Shown here piece by piece: positions 10,303 to 21,014 of a DNA stretch of 38,862 nt (within the stretch, counting starts at the first letter, position 1; the number at the start of each line of letters is the position of its first letter). The notes beneath the pieces are model-generated. The model was not told the DNA's origin and made no database searches. It saw only the letters and a program-made list of their open reading frames with translations. Source of the stretch: Armatimonadota bacterium. GTDB taxonomy: Bacteria > Armatimonadota > Fimbriimonadia > Fimbriimonadales > GBS-DC. The translations under genes and the position numbers were made by a program. The DNA is taken from contig JBBIML010000026.1 in NCBI GenBank assembly GCA_037444405.1, forward strand, positions 1-38,862. The letters run 5' to 3'.

Positions 10303-11205
10303 TCACGCGCGCGGATGGGCGCGTCGGTAGACCTCCTTGAGGCGCTCAAGGTCGACCTGCGTATAGATTTGCGTGGTGGCGATGTCGCTGTGTCCGAGCA
10401 GCTCCTGCACGGTGCGCAAGTCGGCGCCGCCACTGAGCAGATGCACGGCGAACGAGTGGCGCAGGGTGTGAGGCGAGATGTTTTTGGTGATGCCCGCACT
10501 GGCGGCGTAGAGCTTGACCTTGTTCCAGAAGGCGATCCGGCTCAGTTTGCCGCCGCGCTCGTTGAGGAACACGCAGTCGGTTCCGTGCGGGCGGCGGTCG
10601 GGTTTGAGCAGTTTGGGTCGCGCTTCGCTGAGGTAGCGCTGGAGCCAGCAAGTGGCGTTCTCGGTGAGGGGCACGAGCCGCTCGCGCGAGCGTTTGCCCT
10701 GCACGCGCAGCAGGCGGTCGGTTAAGTTGAGATACTCCATGCGCAGGTTCAGCAGTTCCGACACGCGCAGCCCTGTGGCGTACATCAGTTCCAGCATGGC
10801 GCGGTCGCGGATGCCAAGCGGGCTATCGAGTGGCGGCTGAAGCATCAGGCGGCGGATTTCGCCTGGCGTGAGCGTGCTGGGCAGGGCGCGACGGGGCTTG
10901 ACAGCGGCGAGGGCTTCGGGTGGCTCGTCGGTCAGCATCCCGCGCCGATGGAGATAGCGCAGGAACGCGCGCGTTGCGCTCAGCTTGCGGGCGATGCTCG
11001 ACTCGCTCATCGAGCGGCGGCGCAGATAATAGAGGAAACCCTCCCAGAGGCTGGCATCCCATTCGGCAGGCTCCAGCCGATCGGCGCGAACGAGATAATC
11101 GACAAACTGCGCCAGATCGGTGGCGTAGGCGTTCAGGGTGTGCGGCGAGAGCTGCCGCTCCCGCCGCAGATAGTCCAAAAAGCTATCGATCCACTGCTCC
11201 CACAT
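10303..11205 (-). CDS. xerD: Site-specific tyrosine recombinase XerD (XerC/D family)
   Basis: TGLRVSEL, GK, SPHTLRHSFA, GADLRTVQELLGH, TTQIYT, C-terminal HPRA. Confidence 0.88.
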   Translation of the reverse strand: MWEQWIDSFLDYLRRERQLSPHTLNAYATDLAQFVDYLVRADRLEPAEWDASLWEGFLYYLRRRSMSESSIARKLSATRAFLRYLHRRGMLTDEPPEALAAVKPRRALPSTLTPGEIRRLMLQPPLDSPLGIRDRAMLELMYATGLRVSELLNLRMEYLNLTDRLLRVQGKRSRERLVPLTENATCWLQRYLSEARPKLLKPDRRPHGTDCVFLNERGGKLSRIAFWNKVKLYAASAGITKNISPHTLRHSFAVHLLSGGADLRTVQELLGHSDIATTQIYTQVDLERLKEVYRRAHPRA

Positions 11206-11229
11206 TTCAACCCCTTAACGGGTTGAAAC

Positions 11230-12378
11230 TCAGAGGCGGTTGGCAGAGGAACCCGCCTCGATGAGATACCAGCGGTCGCCCACGCGCTCGAAAGTGTAGG
11301 AGATGTAGACCAGTCGCAGGGTTCCCGTCGCCTCGTCGATGTAGCGGTGTTCGCCGCGCACCACAATCTGGCTCTCGCCGCGCTTACTGACGCGATAGAG
11401 GGTGAGCTGCTCGGTTTTGACGGCGCGAATCGCGTCGCGAGTGATAGCCAGAAAGTCCTCCGCTGGCAACGAGTAGGCGTATTTGCCCTCCAGATAGATG
11501 GCGATGTAGCTGTTGGGGCGGATGTAGCGCTCCAGCAGGCTGGGATCGCGCAGGATCCATGCGTGGCGGATGTCGCTCAGCAGCTGCTGGCGGTCATCAA
11601 CAGGCTGGCTGGGTCGCTCCAGATAATAGGGCGTCGCGATGTAGACGGGCACCTCCACATAGATGACGCGCGGGGGCGGGAGATAGACAACGCGATAGAC
11701 TGGAATAAAGGGCGGGCATGGGTCATAGTACCAGTAGGGCGCGTAGCAGACGCGATACGGCTCCGGTGTGTAGCTGTAGTAGCGATAGCCGAAGTTGAAG
11801 GCGCCGCCGCGATACTCATAGTAGAACTCGTAGCCCGACGAGCGCGGGGGCAGGATGACGAACCGCTGCCAGCGGCGTGGGTCGAGCCCTTCGGTGCGGC
11901 TGACCAGCGCGGGCAGGTTGCCCTCGCCCAGCGGCACAGGACGGTTCAGCACGGGCTGGGAGTTAATCGGCACCGGCTGGGAGTTGAGCGGCACCTGACG
12001 CGGGTCGGGCGGCGGGATGTAAGGGTTGCCCTGCGGGTTGTTCCAGCTGCCAGGCTGCTGGTTGCTTGGCTTCTTGCGGAACAGGTCGTCAGCGATCGGC
12101 GGCGGTGCAGGTTGATTGGCAGGTTGCGAGCTGCTGTAGCCGCGATTCGGGTTCGCGGGTTGAGGCTTGTTGCCGCCCTGATTGTCGACGGGGCGCGGCT
12201 TGTTGCCATCGTCCTTGCGAAACGGCGACGACCGCTCTTCGTTCACGCTGCGCGTCGGCGCAGGCTTGTTGTCCCCCTTCTTGCCCTCGGTCTTGCCTGC
12301 CAGCTTTTTGAGGTCGTCGGCTGCCGCAAGGCTCAGGGAGAGCGCAACGATGCTCACCAGACTCAGAATCCGCATCAT
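11230..12378 (-). CDS. Secreted protein: signal peptide, Pro/Asn/Gln-rich region, Tyr/Pro-rich segment, C-terminal NTF2-like domain
   Basis: Hydrophobic N-terminus ending in AAA. The C-terminal pattern YISYTFERVGDRWYLIE resembles NTF2/DUF4440 folds (inference). Confidence 0.7.
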   Translation of the reverse strand: MMRILSLVSIVALSLSLAAADDLKKLAGKTEGKKGDNKPAPTRSVNEERSSPFRKDDGNKPRPVDNQGGNKPQPANPNRGYSSSQPANQPAPPPIADDLFRKKPSNQQPGSWNNPQGNPYIPPPDPRQVPLNSQPVPINSQPVLNRPVPLGEGNLPALVSRTEGLDPRRWQRFVILPPRSSGYEFYYEYRGGAFNFGYRYYSYTPEPYRVCYAPYWYYDPCPPFIPVYRVVYLPPPRVIYVEVPVYIATPYYLERPSQPVDDRQQLLSDIRHAWILRDPSLLERYIRPNSYIAIYLEGKYAYSLPAEDFLAITRDAIRAVKTEQLTLYRVSKRGESQIVVRGEHRYIDEATGTLRLVYISYTFERVGDRWYLIEAGSSANRL

Positions 12379-12490
12379 TCTGGATCACCGTCCTTCGATA
12401 TTATACCCCAGAGTGGGAAGCATGCTCCTCGATCTCTCTCCACGCTCCCAGGATAAGACGCCTGGTGGGTTATGATGTTTCACATGTCAG

Positions 12491-12546
12491 GGAAAGGAGG
12501 GGCGCGGGAATCGCGGAAAGGAGGGGCGCGGAAACCGCGCCCCTAC
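12491..12546. repeat. REP-like palindrome with a duplicated arm
   Basis: AGGGGCGCGG-AAA-CCGCGCCCCT-AC at 12522-12546; GGAAAGGAGGGGCGCGG duplicated at 12491 and 12515. Confidence 0.75.
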
Positions 12547-12573
12547 CGCTGTGAAAAGGTAAACTTCTGGCGC

Positions 12574-13335
12574 ATGGACGGCATCATTCTGGTGATGCTG
12601 GTGTGGCTACTGGCGGCGTTGTGGGTGTTCGCGCTCATTATGATGGGCATTACGGGCGATATATCGCCCCCGGAGGCGATACTGGGTTCGGCGATTGCTG
12701 TGCTGCTGGCGTTCGCCGCCGCCCGTCAGGCGTTTCCCTACGCGGGGCTGTTCGCGTTGCTCACGCTCAGTATCGGCGCGATTGCCCTGCCTGTGGGACG
12801 CAACTATCTTAATCGCCAGGCGCATGCCCAGATCGATTCGGAGCTGATGGAGCGCGCCTGCCGCGCCGTCGAGTTCGACCCGAAAAACTGGGGCGCGCTC
12901 ATCCAGCTGGCGAACCTGTGCTATCGGCACGACCTGATGGAGCATGCGGTGTATTACTTGGAGCGGGCAGTGCAGATGGCGCCGCTCTATACCTACAACG
13001 AGAAGCGCACCCTGCGCGACTGGCAACATGAACTGGATCATTTCGGCAAGCGGCACGGTTTCACACCATGTTTGAACTGCGGCACGCGCAACCCGATTGG
13101 CGCGTTGCGCTGTGCGCAGTGTGGCGAACTCATGCTGCCCCTGCTGGTGCGCGGACGCTGGATTCCCAAACGCCTGATGGTCAAAGTGGTGCGCGTGTGG
13201 GTCGTCAGCACGGTGGGCGTCAGCGCGAGCCTGATCGCCGCTGATAACCTGCCTGGCACGGTGGCGGTCGTTGCTGTGCCGCTGATTCTGCTGTTGACGG
13301 GAGGCTCGATTCTGTGGGTGTTGCACAGGCGATAA
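12574..13335 (+). CDS. Membrane protein with TPR-like repeat and zinc ribbon
   Basis: 3 N-terminal TM helices, TPR-like DPKNWGALIQLANL, CLNC...CAQC, 2 C-terminal TM helices. Start ATG 12574 lies 8 nt after TAAACT. Confidence 0.75.
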   Translation: MDGIILVMLVWLLAALWVFALIMMGITGDISPPEAILGSAIAVLLAFAAARQAFPYAGLFALLTLSIGAIALPVGRNYLNRQAHAQIDSELMERACRAVEFDPKNWGALIQLANLCYRHDLMEHAVYYLERAVQMAPLYTYNEKRTLRDWQHELDHFGKRHGFTPCLNCGTRNPIGALRCAQCGELMLPLLVRGRWIPKRLMVKVVRVWVVSTVGVSASLIAADNLPGTVAVVAVPLILLLTGGSILWVLHRR

Positions 13336-14432
13336 GACGGCTCCGATATACCCTGCCGCCCTTCACGCGGCTGGACCGCTACCTGCTGCGGGAGATGCTG
13401 GTGCCGCTGGGTATCGGCACGGGCGCGGTCGTGCTGATGCTCATTGGCAACCTGCTGTTTAACTATGCGCAGATATTTTTCAGCTACGGCGTGCCGCTGA
13501 TGGCGGTGGCGCAGCTGGTGCTGTATTACACGCCCTACCTGCTGGTGTTGAGCCTGCCCGTGGGCACAGCGGTCGCGGTGTCGCTCACGGTTAATCGCCT
13601 CACACGCGACAGCGAGATCACCGTGATGCGCATGGCGGGCATCAGCCTGCGCCGAATCTTTTTGCCGCTGTTGCTGATGGGGCTTCTGCTGTCGGGGCTG
13701 AACTACTGGCTGAACGAGCAGGTGGTGCCGCCCGCCATGCGCCAGTTCTATCGGTTGCGCAACCGCATGCTGCTGCTGGCGCCCGTGCCGACCATCACCA
13801 GCAACGCCGTGCTGAAGGTACAGAACTACGCGGTGGTGATAGGCGTCGCGCAGGAGGTGGGTGGGCGCGTGCTGATGGAGGAGGTGATTTTGATCGAGCA
13901 GCGTGGGCGGGGCGAATGGCTCGTGATTCAGGCGCCGCGCGGCACCTACAAAAACGGCATCTGGGAGCTGGAACGCCCGAAACTGCACTACTATCGCGCC
14001 GATGGCACCGTGATCGATGTGCGCTCGCCCCGAAAACTCGTGCTGAACCTGCAGGTCGCTCTGCAGGACTTTTTCGCCGCGCCCGAACCCGAGGAGCTGA
14101 CCCGCGCGCAGCTGGGTGAGCAGATCGAGCGCAATCGGCAGATGGGCGCTCGCAACCTGCGACTGGAGGTGAGCTACCATCTGAAGGTGGCGGTGCCAGT
14201 GGCGTGCTTCGTTCTGGCGCTCTGCAGCCCGATGTTGAGCCTGTGGCTGGCGCGGGCGGGCAGCTTCGTCGGCGTGCTGCTGGCTATCGTGCTGGTGTTC
14301 GTGTTCTGGAACACGCTGCTGCTCTTCCAGATTCTGGGCAATCAGGGTCTGTTGCCGCCGATGCTGGCAGCATGGATGCCCAACCTGCTGTTTGGCGCAG
14401 GCGGGTTTTATCTGCTCTATCGTTCCGAGTGA
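13314..14432 (+). CDS. LptF/LptG (YjgP/YjgQ) family permease
   Basis: RLDRYLLREM, RLTRDSEITVMRMAGISL, LPPMLAAWMPNLLF; start uncertain. Confidence 0.9.
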   Translation: MGVAQAIRRLRYTLPPFTRLDRYLLREMLVPLGIGTGAVVLMLIGNLLFNYAQIFFSYGVPLMAVAQLVLYYTPYLLVLSLPVGTAVAVSLTVNRLTRDSEITVMRMAGISLRRIFLPLLLMGLLLSGLNYWLNEQVVPPAMRQFYRLRNRMLLLAPVPTITSNAVLKVQNYAVVIGVAQEVGGRVLMEEVILIEQRGRGEWLVIQAPRGTYKNGIWELERPKLHYYRADGTVIDVRSPRKLVLNLQVALQDFFAAPEPEELTRAQLGEQIERNRQMGARNLRLEVSYHLKVAVPVACFVLALCSPMLSLWLARAGSFVGVLLAIVLVFVFWNTLLLFQILGNQGLLPPMLAAWMPNLLFGAGGFYLLYRSE

Positions 14433-14480
14433 AAGCGAAAGATTGTCCAGAAAATTGAACAGGGCATAGCGCCCAAACGA

Positions 14481-16286
14481 TCAGTCCCCGACCTTCAGCA
14501 CGCTCAAAAAGGCTTCTTGAGGCACTTCGACCGTGCCCACCTGCTTCATGCGCTTCTTGCCCTCTTTCTGGCGCTCCAGCAGTTTGCGCTTGCGCGTGAT
14601 GTCGCCGCCGTAGCACTTGGCAATCACATTCTTGCGGAACGGCTTGATGACCTCCGAGGCGATCACACGGGAGCCGATTGCCGCCTGAATGCGCACTTCG
14701 AACTGCTGGCGGGGCACGACCTCTTTGAGCTTCTCCACGAGGGCGCGCGCCCGCTGATACGCCCGCTCGCGCGGCGCGATGAAGCTTAGGGCGTCCACAG
14801 GGTCGCCATTCAGCAGGATGTCCAGCTTGACCATATCCGCCTCGCGATAGCCCGCTGGCTCGTAATCGAAGGAGGCATAGCCGCGCGTGCGGGTCTTGAG
14901 CTGGTCATAGAAATCGAGCAGAATCTCGCTCAGTGGCAGGCGGTAATAGAGGATCACGCGCTGGGGCGTGGGGTACTCCATGCGCACGAACTCGCCGCGC
15001 CGCCCCATGCACAGCTCCATCACCGCGCCCACATACTCGGCAGGCACCATCACCGTCGCATAGACGATCGGCTCCTCCACCCGCGCGATTTTGCCCGCGT
15101 CGGGCCAGCGTGTCGGGTTGTCGATCTCCAGCACCGTGCCGTCGTTCAGCACCACGCGATAGACCACGCTGGGTGCGGTCGCAATCAGCTCCAGTCCGAA
15201 CTCGCGCTCCAGCCGCTCCTGCACAATCTCCATATGCAACAGCCCCAGAAAGCCGCAACGGAACCCGAAGCCGAGTGCGGCGCTGGTCTCTGGCTCAAAG
15301 GTGATGGCAGCATCGTTCAGGCTGAGCTTCTCTAAAGCGTCGCGCAGGTCGGGATAGCGATCGCCCTCCACCGGGTACAGCCCGCAGAACACCATCGGCT
15401 TCACCTTGCGGAAGCCTGGCAGCGGCTCGCGCGCGGGGCGATCCGCCGAAGTAATTGTGTCGCCCACCTGCGCATCCTTGACCGATTTGATGCCTGCCGT
15501 GATATAGCCGACCTCACCCGTGTGCAGGCGCTCAGCGGGGCGCAGCTGCGGCGTGAAGTAGCCCACCTGCGCCACTTCGAACACCCTGCCCGTGGACATA
15601 AACTGAATACGGTCGCCCGGCTGCACACTGCCGTCCACCACGCGCACATACGCCACCACGCCCACATAGGGGTCATAGTGCGAGTCGTACACCAGTGCGC
15701 GCAAGGGAGCATCGGGCTTGCCTGACGGCGGCGGAATGCGCTGCACCACCGCCTCCAGAATCTCCTCGATGCCGATGCCCTCCTTCGCGCTGGCAAGGAT
15801 CACATCGGCGGGATCGATAAGCAGCGCGTGTTCCATCTCCTCTTTCACGCGCTCTGGCTCGGCAGCGGGCAGGTCGATCTTGTTGATGACAGGCACAATC
15901 ATCAGCCCCTGATTGTAGGCGAGGTTCGTGTTGGCGATGGTTTGCGCCTCCACGCCCTGCACGGCGTCCACCACCAGAATCGCGCCCTCGCAGGCGGCGA
16001 GACTGCGCGACACCTCATAGGTGAAGTCCACATGCCCGGGCGTATCGATGAGGTTCAGCTGATAGGTGTGCCCGTCGCGGGCGTGGTAGGTCAGGCGCAC
16101 GGCGGTCATCTTGATGGTGATGCCCCGCTCGCGCTCCAGCTCCATCGTGTCCAGCACCTGCTCCACCGTGGTGCCGGGCGGAATCGCGCCCGTGAACTCC
16201 ATCAGCCGATCCGCCAGTGTCGACTTGCCGTGATCGATGTGAGCAATGATGCAGAAGTTCCGAATGTACCGCTGCCGATTGTCCAT
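14481..16286 (-). CDS. lepA: Translation elongation factor 4
   Basis: [43 protein letters not shown]. Confidence 0.99.
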   Translation of the reverse strand: MDNRQRYIRNFCIIAHIDHGKSTLADRLMEFTGAIPPGTTVEQVLDTMELERERGITIKMTAVRLTYHARDGHTYQLNLIDTPGHVDFTYEVSRSLAACEGAILVVDAVQGVEAQTIANTNLAYNQGLMIVPVINKIDLPAAEPERVKEEMEHALLIDPADVILASAKEGIGIEEILEAVVQRIPPPSGKPDAPLRALVYDSHYDPYVGVVAYVRVVDGSVQPGDRIQFMSTGRVFEVAQVGYFTPQLRPAERLHTGEVGYITAGIKSVKDAQVGDTITSADRPAREPLPGFRKVKPMVFCGLYPVEGDRYPDLRDALEKLSLNDAAITFEPETSAALGFGFRCGFLGLLHMEIVQERLEREFGLELIATAPSVVYRVVLNDGTVLEIDNPTRWPDAGKIARVEEPIVYATVMVPAEYVGAVMELCMGRRGEFVRMEYPTPQRVILYYRLPLSEILLDFYDQLKTRTRGYASFDYEPAGYREADMVKLDILLNGDPVDALSFIAPRERAYQRARALVEKLKEVVPRQQFEVRIQAAIGSRVIASEVIKPFRKNVIAKCYGGDITRKRKLLERQKEGKKRMKQVGTVEVPQEAFLSVLKVGD

Positions 16287-16315
16287 ACAAATCGATTGTA
16301 CCTGTGGGTGGCGAT

Positions 16316-17710
16316 TTATTCCACGCGGAAGCGCACATTGCCGAAGCGCAGGATGTCGCCCGCTTTGAGCGGCTGGCGACTGACGCGCTGTTCGTTCACG
16401 AAGGTGCCGTTCGTGCTACCCTCGTCGTAGACCACCAGCGTGCCTCCTTCGGGCACGATGCGCGCGTGGCGGCGGCTGACCGTCGGGTCGGGCACGATCA
16501 GGTCGTTGCCCGCTTCGCGCCCGATTCGCACGCCTGTCGGGGGCACTATCACGCGTACGCCCGCCACCTGCGGGTCGATGCCCACCAGTGTGGTTGCCGC
16601 GCCTGTCGCGACGGCGGTCGTCGCCCCTGCAGCGGGCGTCGGGATGGGCGGGAAGCCTGCGGGTGCGGGCGAACCGCCTGTGGGCACGGCGCAGGCGCAC
16701 GCGCCCGTTAGCGGGTCATACCGCTGACCACAGTAGGGGCAGTGTCCGGCGGGCACGGGAGGCGGTGGCGGCAACGGTGAACGCACCACATCCTGCGGCG
16801 ACCGCACCGACGCGCCCTCCCGCAACTGGAACATCAGCTGAAACGAGCCAATCTTCAGCTGGTCGCCATCGTTCAGCTCCACCTGACCGCTGACAGGCGT
16901 GCCGTTGAGCATCAGCGGCGCGTGCGTGAGCAGCAGATAGCGCCCGCTGGCGATGTGAATCTCGGCGTGGCGGGGCAGAACCTGCGGGTCGCCGCGCAAC
17001 GGCACATCGGCTAACTCGTCGCGCCCGATAATCGCGCCTGAGCGGTCAATTGGATAATCTTTGCCCTCGTTGCGCCCGTAGAGGACGCGCACCCACGCCT
17101 GACGCGAAATCAGCTCCAGCAGCCCGATGAATAGCCCGATGCCCGCGCCGATCAGCACCAGCCCGACCATGCGGGAGAACATGCCGGGCTTATGCTCGGC
17201 GCCAACGGCGGTGCTGATCGCGCCGCCAATTGTGAACCCCAGCAGGTCGAACAGCGCGCCGCCCAGTGCGCCGCCGATAGCACCGCCAATCGCGCCCTGA
17301 CGCATCCGCCGAACCGAACGCCCCACCACCCCCTCCGCGATGCCGATAAACAGCCCGAACATGCCCCAGCCCAGAATCCGCCCGATAATCAGCCCGATAA
17401 TCGGCAGCGTGAGCTGGAGAATGCTGAAGATAATCTGCCCCAGATAGATGCCCATCATGCCGCCCGGCAGCCCGATTAGCGCGCCCAGCATCAGCCCGCG
17501 CAGGGCGTGCGCCGCTGTGCCCAGCGAGAGACCGCTGGCGAAGCCAATCAGCGCGCCAATAAAACCCCCCGAAATCAGCCCATAGAGCGTCAGCTCCGTG
17601 TAGTCCACCGAGCGGCTGAACTCGTCCACCTGGAACGGTTCCGTCACCGCCCATGCCAGCAGCCCGCCAATCGCGCCGAACACCATCAGATAGAGCAGTT
17701 TCTGAATCAT
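16316..17710 (-). CDS. Gly-rich multi-TM membrane protein with two FHA domains and a Cys cluster
   Basis: Gly-zipper TM region; IGR...RHA; CPYCG...CAC; IGR...VSRRHA...STNGTFVN. Confidence 0.85.
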   Translation of the reverse strand: MIQKLLYLMVFGAIGGLLAWAVTEPFQVDEFSRSVDYTELTLYGLISGGFIGALIGFASGLSLGTAAHALRGLMLGALIGLPGGMMGIYLGQIIFSILQLTLPIIGLIIGRILGWGMFGLFIGIAEGVVGRSVRRMRQGAIGGAIGGALGGALFDLLGFTIGGAISTAVGAEHKPGMFSRMVGLVLIGAGIGLFIGLLELISRQAWVRVLYGRNEGKDYPIDRSGAIIGRDELADVPLRGDPQVLPRHAEIHIASGRYLLLTHAPLMLNGTPVSGQVELNDGDQLKIGSFQLMFQLREGASVRSPQDVVRSPLPPPPPVPAGHCPYCGQRYDPLTGACACAVPTGGSPAPAGFPPIPTPAAGATTAVATGAATTLVGIDPQVAGVRVIVPPTGVRIGREAGNDLIVPDPTVSRRHARIVPEGGTLVVYDEGSTNGTFVNEQRVSRQPLKAGDILRFGNVRFRVE

Positions 17711-17756
17711 TATGAAACCCCTTGAGCCAGCCGCTTCCGCTACGGTCGTTACCCGC

Positions 17757-19013
17757 TCACTCCACCCGAAAAGTTGCCATGCCGAACTGCACGGTGTCGC
17801 CCACGCGCAGGGGTGTCGGCGCGCTGATGCGGATGCCGTTCACGAAGGTGCCGTTGGTGCTGCCGAGGTCCTGCACGGTCAGCTCCCCATTCTGGCGCAT
17901 TAGTTGCGCGTGGCGGCGGCTGACCGTGCTTTCGTTCGATAGCACGATACCGTTGCCTGCGTCGCGCCCGATGGTGATTAAATCCGCGCTGATGTCGAAC
18001 ACCTGCCCCGCGTAGGCGCCCTGCAGACCGACGAGTCGGGTCGGCACGGCACTGGTGGTGGGCGCTGGCGCGGTTGGCGCGATGCCCGCGCTCTCCAGCG
18101 GTGGCAGGTCGGGTTCAGGTGGTGCGGTGGCGGTCGCGCTCGCCGACGGTGTGCCCGTGTCCACCGACGGCAGTTGCACGCCCAGCCGCTGCATCGCATC
18201 AGCAAGCGGCTGCTCCTTGCGCAGCGCGAGCCGAATCAGGAACAGGATCACACCGATGCCGACGGCAATCGCCAGCAGATACATGATAATGGCGCCGATG
18301 CGGCTCTCCCTGCGTTCGGGTTGCGCTTCGGCGGCTTTCGGCGGTGCGAGCGTGGCAACCTCGCCGCTGAGCGCCACATTGATCACGGGCACGCGCGCGT
18401 CGCGTTCCACGCGCAGGCGTGTCTCCTGCGACACCTTCTGCTCGTCGCCGTACTCCACCAGCACCTTGACCGTGCCCAGTGGCACGCGCTCAAAGACCGC
18501 CATCCCTTCAGCGGTTGGCTCCAGCACGCGCGTTCGGGTGGCGCCTGTGCTATCGGTGAGGCTCACCCGCGCGGCAGCGACAGGACGATCCTGCGCTCGC
18601 ACATTCACCTGCAGGCGCGCCACATGGGTCCAGCCTGCCCGCCCGATGACCAGCGCGTCCCTGCCTGCGAGTTCGTTCGCATCGAATCGCGCCAGATTGC
18701 CCGATTCGGTGTCCAGAATCCAGAGCGTGGCGAAGCCTTCAGGCAGCGGGAGCGCGGCTTCCAGCTCGCTGATCTTTTGCGGGCTGGTGAGCGGCGTGCC
18801 GTCTTTGCCCTCTGTCCACCACCAGCGTTCGCCCTCCGTGCGGAACTTGACCTTGATCTGGCTGGGTGGCGCGGAAGGCGCTGGCTTCTGCGGCTTCGGC
18901 GCAGGTTGCGCAGGAGCAGGCTTCGGTTGGGGGGTCGGCGATGCCTTCGGCGCCTGTCCCAGCCCACCTGCTATCAGGCTCACCATCAACACACACAGCC
19001 ACACCGTTCGCAT
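17757..19013 (-). CDS. Bitopic membrane protein with an extracytoplasmic beta domain and a cytoplasmic FHA domain
   Basis: Signal peptide MRTVWLCVLM..., one TM helix (IGAIIMYLLAIAVGIGVILFLI), FHA motifs [22 protein letters not shown]. Confidence 0.85.
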   Translation of the reverse strand: MRTVWLCVLMVSLIAGGLGQAPKASPTPQPKPAPAQPAPKPQKPAPSAPPSQIKVKFRTEGERWWWTEGKDGTPLTSPQKISELEAALPLPEGFATLWILDTESGNLARFDANELAGRDALVIGRAGWTHVARLQVNVRAQDRPVAAARVSLTDSTGATRTRVLEPTAEGMAVFERVPLGTVKVLVEYGDEQKVSQETRLRVERDARVPVINVALSGEVATLAPPKAAEAQPERRESRIGAIIMYLLAIAVGIGVILFLIRLALRKEQPLADAMQRLGVQLPSVDTGTPSASATATAPPEPDLPPLESAGIAPTAPAPTTSAVPTRLVGLQGAYAGQVFDISADLITIGRDAGNGIVLSNESTVSRRHAQLMRQNGELTVQDLGSTNGTFVNGIRISAPTPLRVGDTVQFGMATFRVE

Positions 19014-19022
19014 AGCGACCCT

Positions 19023-19049
19023 ATTCATTAGACGGCGCAAAATTCCTGC
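19023..19049 (-). promoter_or_regulatory. Sigma-H-like promoter GCAGGA-N17-GAAT
   Basis: Minus strand GCAGGAATTTTGCGCCGTCTAATGAAT, ending 9 nt before ATG 19013. Confidence 0.6.
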
Positions 19050-19072
19050 GAGTTTTCGCATGGGGGCGCTAT

Positions 19073-19483
19073 TCAGCCCAGTCGTGAGAGGCGTCGGAGG
19101 CGGGGAAGCATCGCGCTGGCATACAATAACACACTGCTTGCCTCCAGCACACGCCCCGTCAGCAGAAGGGCGCTCCAATCTGTCCACAGAGCAACGCAGC
19201 TCAGTGCGATGCCTGTGTTGAGCGTGCCGAACGCCGCCCACACACGCGATTCATACCCGCGCTGGTTCTGTTCATTCAGGCGGGGCAGAATCCAGTAGCT
19301 CACGCCCATCGCCAGCTGGATCAACCAGCCCACCATCAGCACCTCTGCGTGCAGGGCACGCCACGCTCCAACAACCGCTGCCAGCGAGAGCGCCTTCGCC
19401 ATCAGCATCCACGCGCCCAGTGAGAACCCCGCCACCAGATAAAGCAACGCACAGCGTACCAGCCAGCAGCTCAGACGCGGCAT
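19073..19483 (-). CDS. Small 4-TM membrane protein (heme-copper oxidase subunit I-like segment)
   Basis: LHAEVLMVGWLIQLAMGVSYWILPR; paralog of the next gene. Confidence 0.75.
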   Translation of the reverse strand: MPRLSCWLVRCALLYLVAGFSLGAWMLMAKALSLAAVVGAWRALHAEVLMVGWLIQLAMGVSYWILPRLNEQNQRGYESRVWAAFGTLNTGIALSCVALWTDWSALLLTGRVLEASSVLLYASAMLPRLRRLSRLG

Positions 19484-19484
19484 C

Positions 19485-19907
19485 TCACTTCTCCTTCACC
19501 CGCCGCCAGATAGTTGCCACAAAGATGACCCCCGATAGCCACTGCAACAGGGCAGAAAGCAGTAATGCCCATGACCAGACGGGTCCAGCGGACAGCGCCT
19601 GCATCGGTTCCGCCAGCAAACGCACAATCAGCCCCAGGTTCAGGCTGACAAACACCACACCCGCCCATCGCTCCGAGCCAGAGGGCATCGGACGCGAAGC
19701 ACGCGGGAACAGCCAGTACGCCACCCCGAAAATCAGCTGGGTTGCCCAGCCGACCACCAGCAGGTGGAAGAGCGCAGGCGTTGCGGCTGCCAGCCACGCA
19801 AACACACGCACCCACGATGGCACACTGGTTGCCACGCTCAGCCCCAGCCCTAACAGCAGATACAGCAACGCGCAGCGCACCATCCAGCGGCTCCAGCGCG
19901 GCATCAT
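19485..19907 (-). CDS. Small 4-TM membrane protein, paralog of 19073-19483
   Basis: Shares MPR...VRCALLYL and H...GW..QL..GV.YW..PR with the previous gene. Confidence 0.75.
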   Translation of the reverse strand: MMPRWSRWMVRCALLYLLLGLGLSVATSVPSWVRVFAWLAAATPALFHLLVVGWATQLIFGVAYWLFPRASRPMPSGSERWAGVVFVSLNLGLIVRLLAEPMQALSAGPVWSWALLLSALLQWLSGVIFVATIWRRVKEK

Positions 19908-21014
19908 TTACCTCCGCGTCCACACAATTGCCGACAGCGTATTGAGCAAAAAGATGACCAGCGCCAGACCGTTCAGCAAGCCACCCCACTGGCGCCACGC
20001 ATGCCAGCCCAGCCCATCGCCCACCAGACGCACCAGCAGGGAGCCATTCAGCAAAATCACATGGCTGTAGAATCGGCGATAAAATGGTATCCGCCAACCC
20101 AGCACCGATGGAAAGATAATTGGCGCGTGTCCGAACACCATCGAAAAAGCAAAGCCCAGAAAGAAGGCGTGCAGGAACGCATCCGCCCCCACGCCCACCG
20201 TCAGTTCGGGCATCACCAGCGCCACGACGCCAGCAATCCCCAGCCAGCAATAGCCCGCCGCCAGCGTGCGACCAGCAAATGCCGTCAATCCCGTTGCCCG
20301 CATAGCATAGCGCGCCGGGTCAAAACGGACCAACCACACCGCAATCGTCAGCAGCCCGCTACCAAACAGCATCAGTCCCGCTCGTCCCATCAGCGCATGA
20401 ATCAACAAGCCCATCAGCAAGGCAACAAGACCACCTGCCATCCAGAGACTGCTTCCCAGCGTCGGCTTAAGAAGCCGATTGAGCTCCAGCCGTTCCGCCA
20501 CGATGGTCAAAAGCAGAAACATGCACCAGCACAGCACCCCCGTGTAAGCCAGTGGGGTGAGGCGGAACTCTGCCATCCACCAGAGCAGATTGCCAGCAAG
20601 CCAGCAGCATGCCCCCAGCCCCATCAATGCATGATAAAAAAGGCGGTGCTGGCTATAGAGAGCGCCATACAGGGCAATCAGCACGAAACAGCCAAGATTT
20701 ACCAGCAGCCAGCCGGGAGCTTGGAAGGGATAGAAAAACATCAGGAGCGCCCCGACGCCGCTGCAAGCTGGCGCCAGGTAGCCCCACCGACGCTGAATCG
20801 CCACCGCTCGCTCCAGGCTGATCAGCGTGCCGAAAAAGCCGCTGACCATCAACCAGCTATGAGAGAGCGGCAGGGCTGACAGCGGCAGGCTCCAGCCCAA
20901 ACGCTGAAGCCCTATCGCCATGCCCAGCAGCAACGCCAGCATGCCCGGCACTATTAACGCCAGGCGAAACCCCCACTGCAGGGAGCCACCTACTTTTTGA
21001 GATGGAGCTGACAT
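19908..21014 (-). CDS. NnrS-like multi-pass membrane protein
   Basis: About 12 TM helices; HSWLMVSGFFGTLISLERAVA, IVAERLEL, DAFLHAFFLGFAFSMVFGHAPIIFP. The family call is from recall. Confidence 0.65.
   Translation of the reverse strand: MSAPSQKVGGSLQWGFRLALIVPGMLALLLGMAIGLQRLGWSLPLSALPLSHSWLMVSGFFGTLISLERAVAIQRRWGYLAPACSGVGALLMFFYPFQAPGWLLVNLGCFVLIALYGALYSQHRLFYHALMGLGACCWLAGNLLWWMAEFRLTPLAYTGVLCWCMFLLLTIVAERLELNRLLKPTLGSSLWMAGGLVALLMGLLIHALMGRAGLMLFGSGLLTIAVWLVRFDPARYAMRATGLTAFAGRTLAAGYCWLGIAGVVALVMPELTVGVGADAFLHAFFLGFAFSMVFGHAPIIFPSVLGWRIPFYRRFYSHVILLNGSLLVRLVGDGLGWHAWRQWGGLLNGLALVIFLLNTLSAIVWTRR

Noticed and set aside
10303..11205. Phage or ICE integrase marking a mobile element
   Set aside because: The sequence has housekeeping XerD signatures and size, host-like composition, and no att/tRNA or phage genes nearby.
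11205..11229. Another degenerate CRISPR repeat (TTTCAA.../TTGAAAC)
   Set aside because: Only the terminal hexamers resemble the repeat; the sequence is a self-complementary hairpin.
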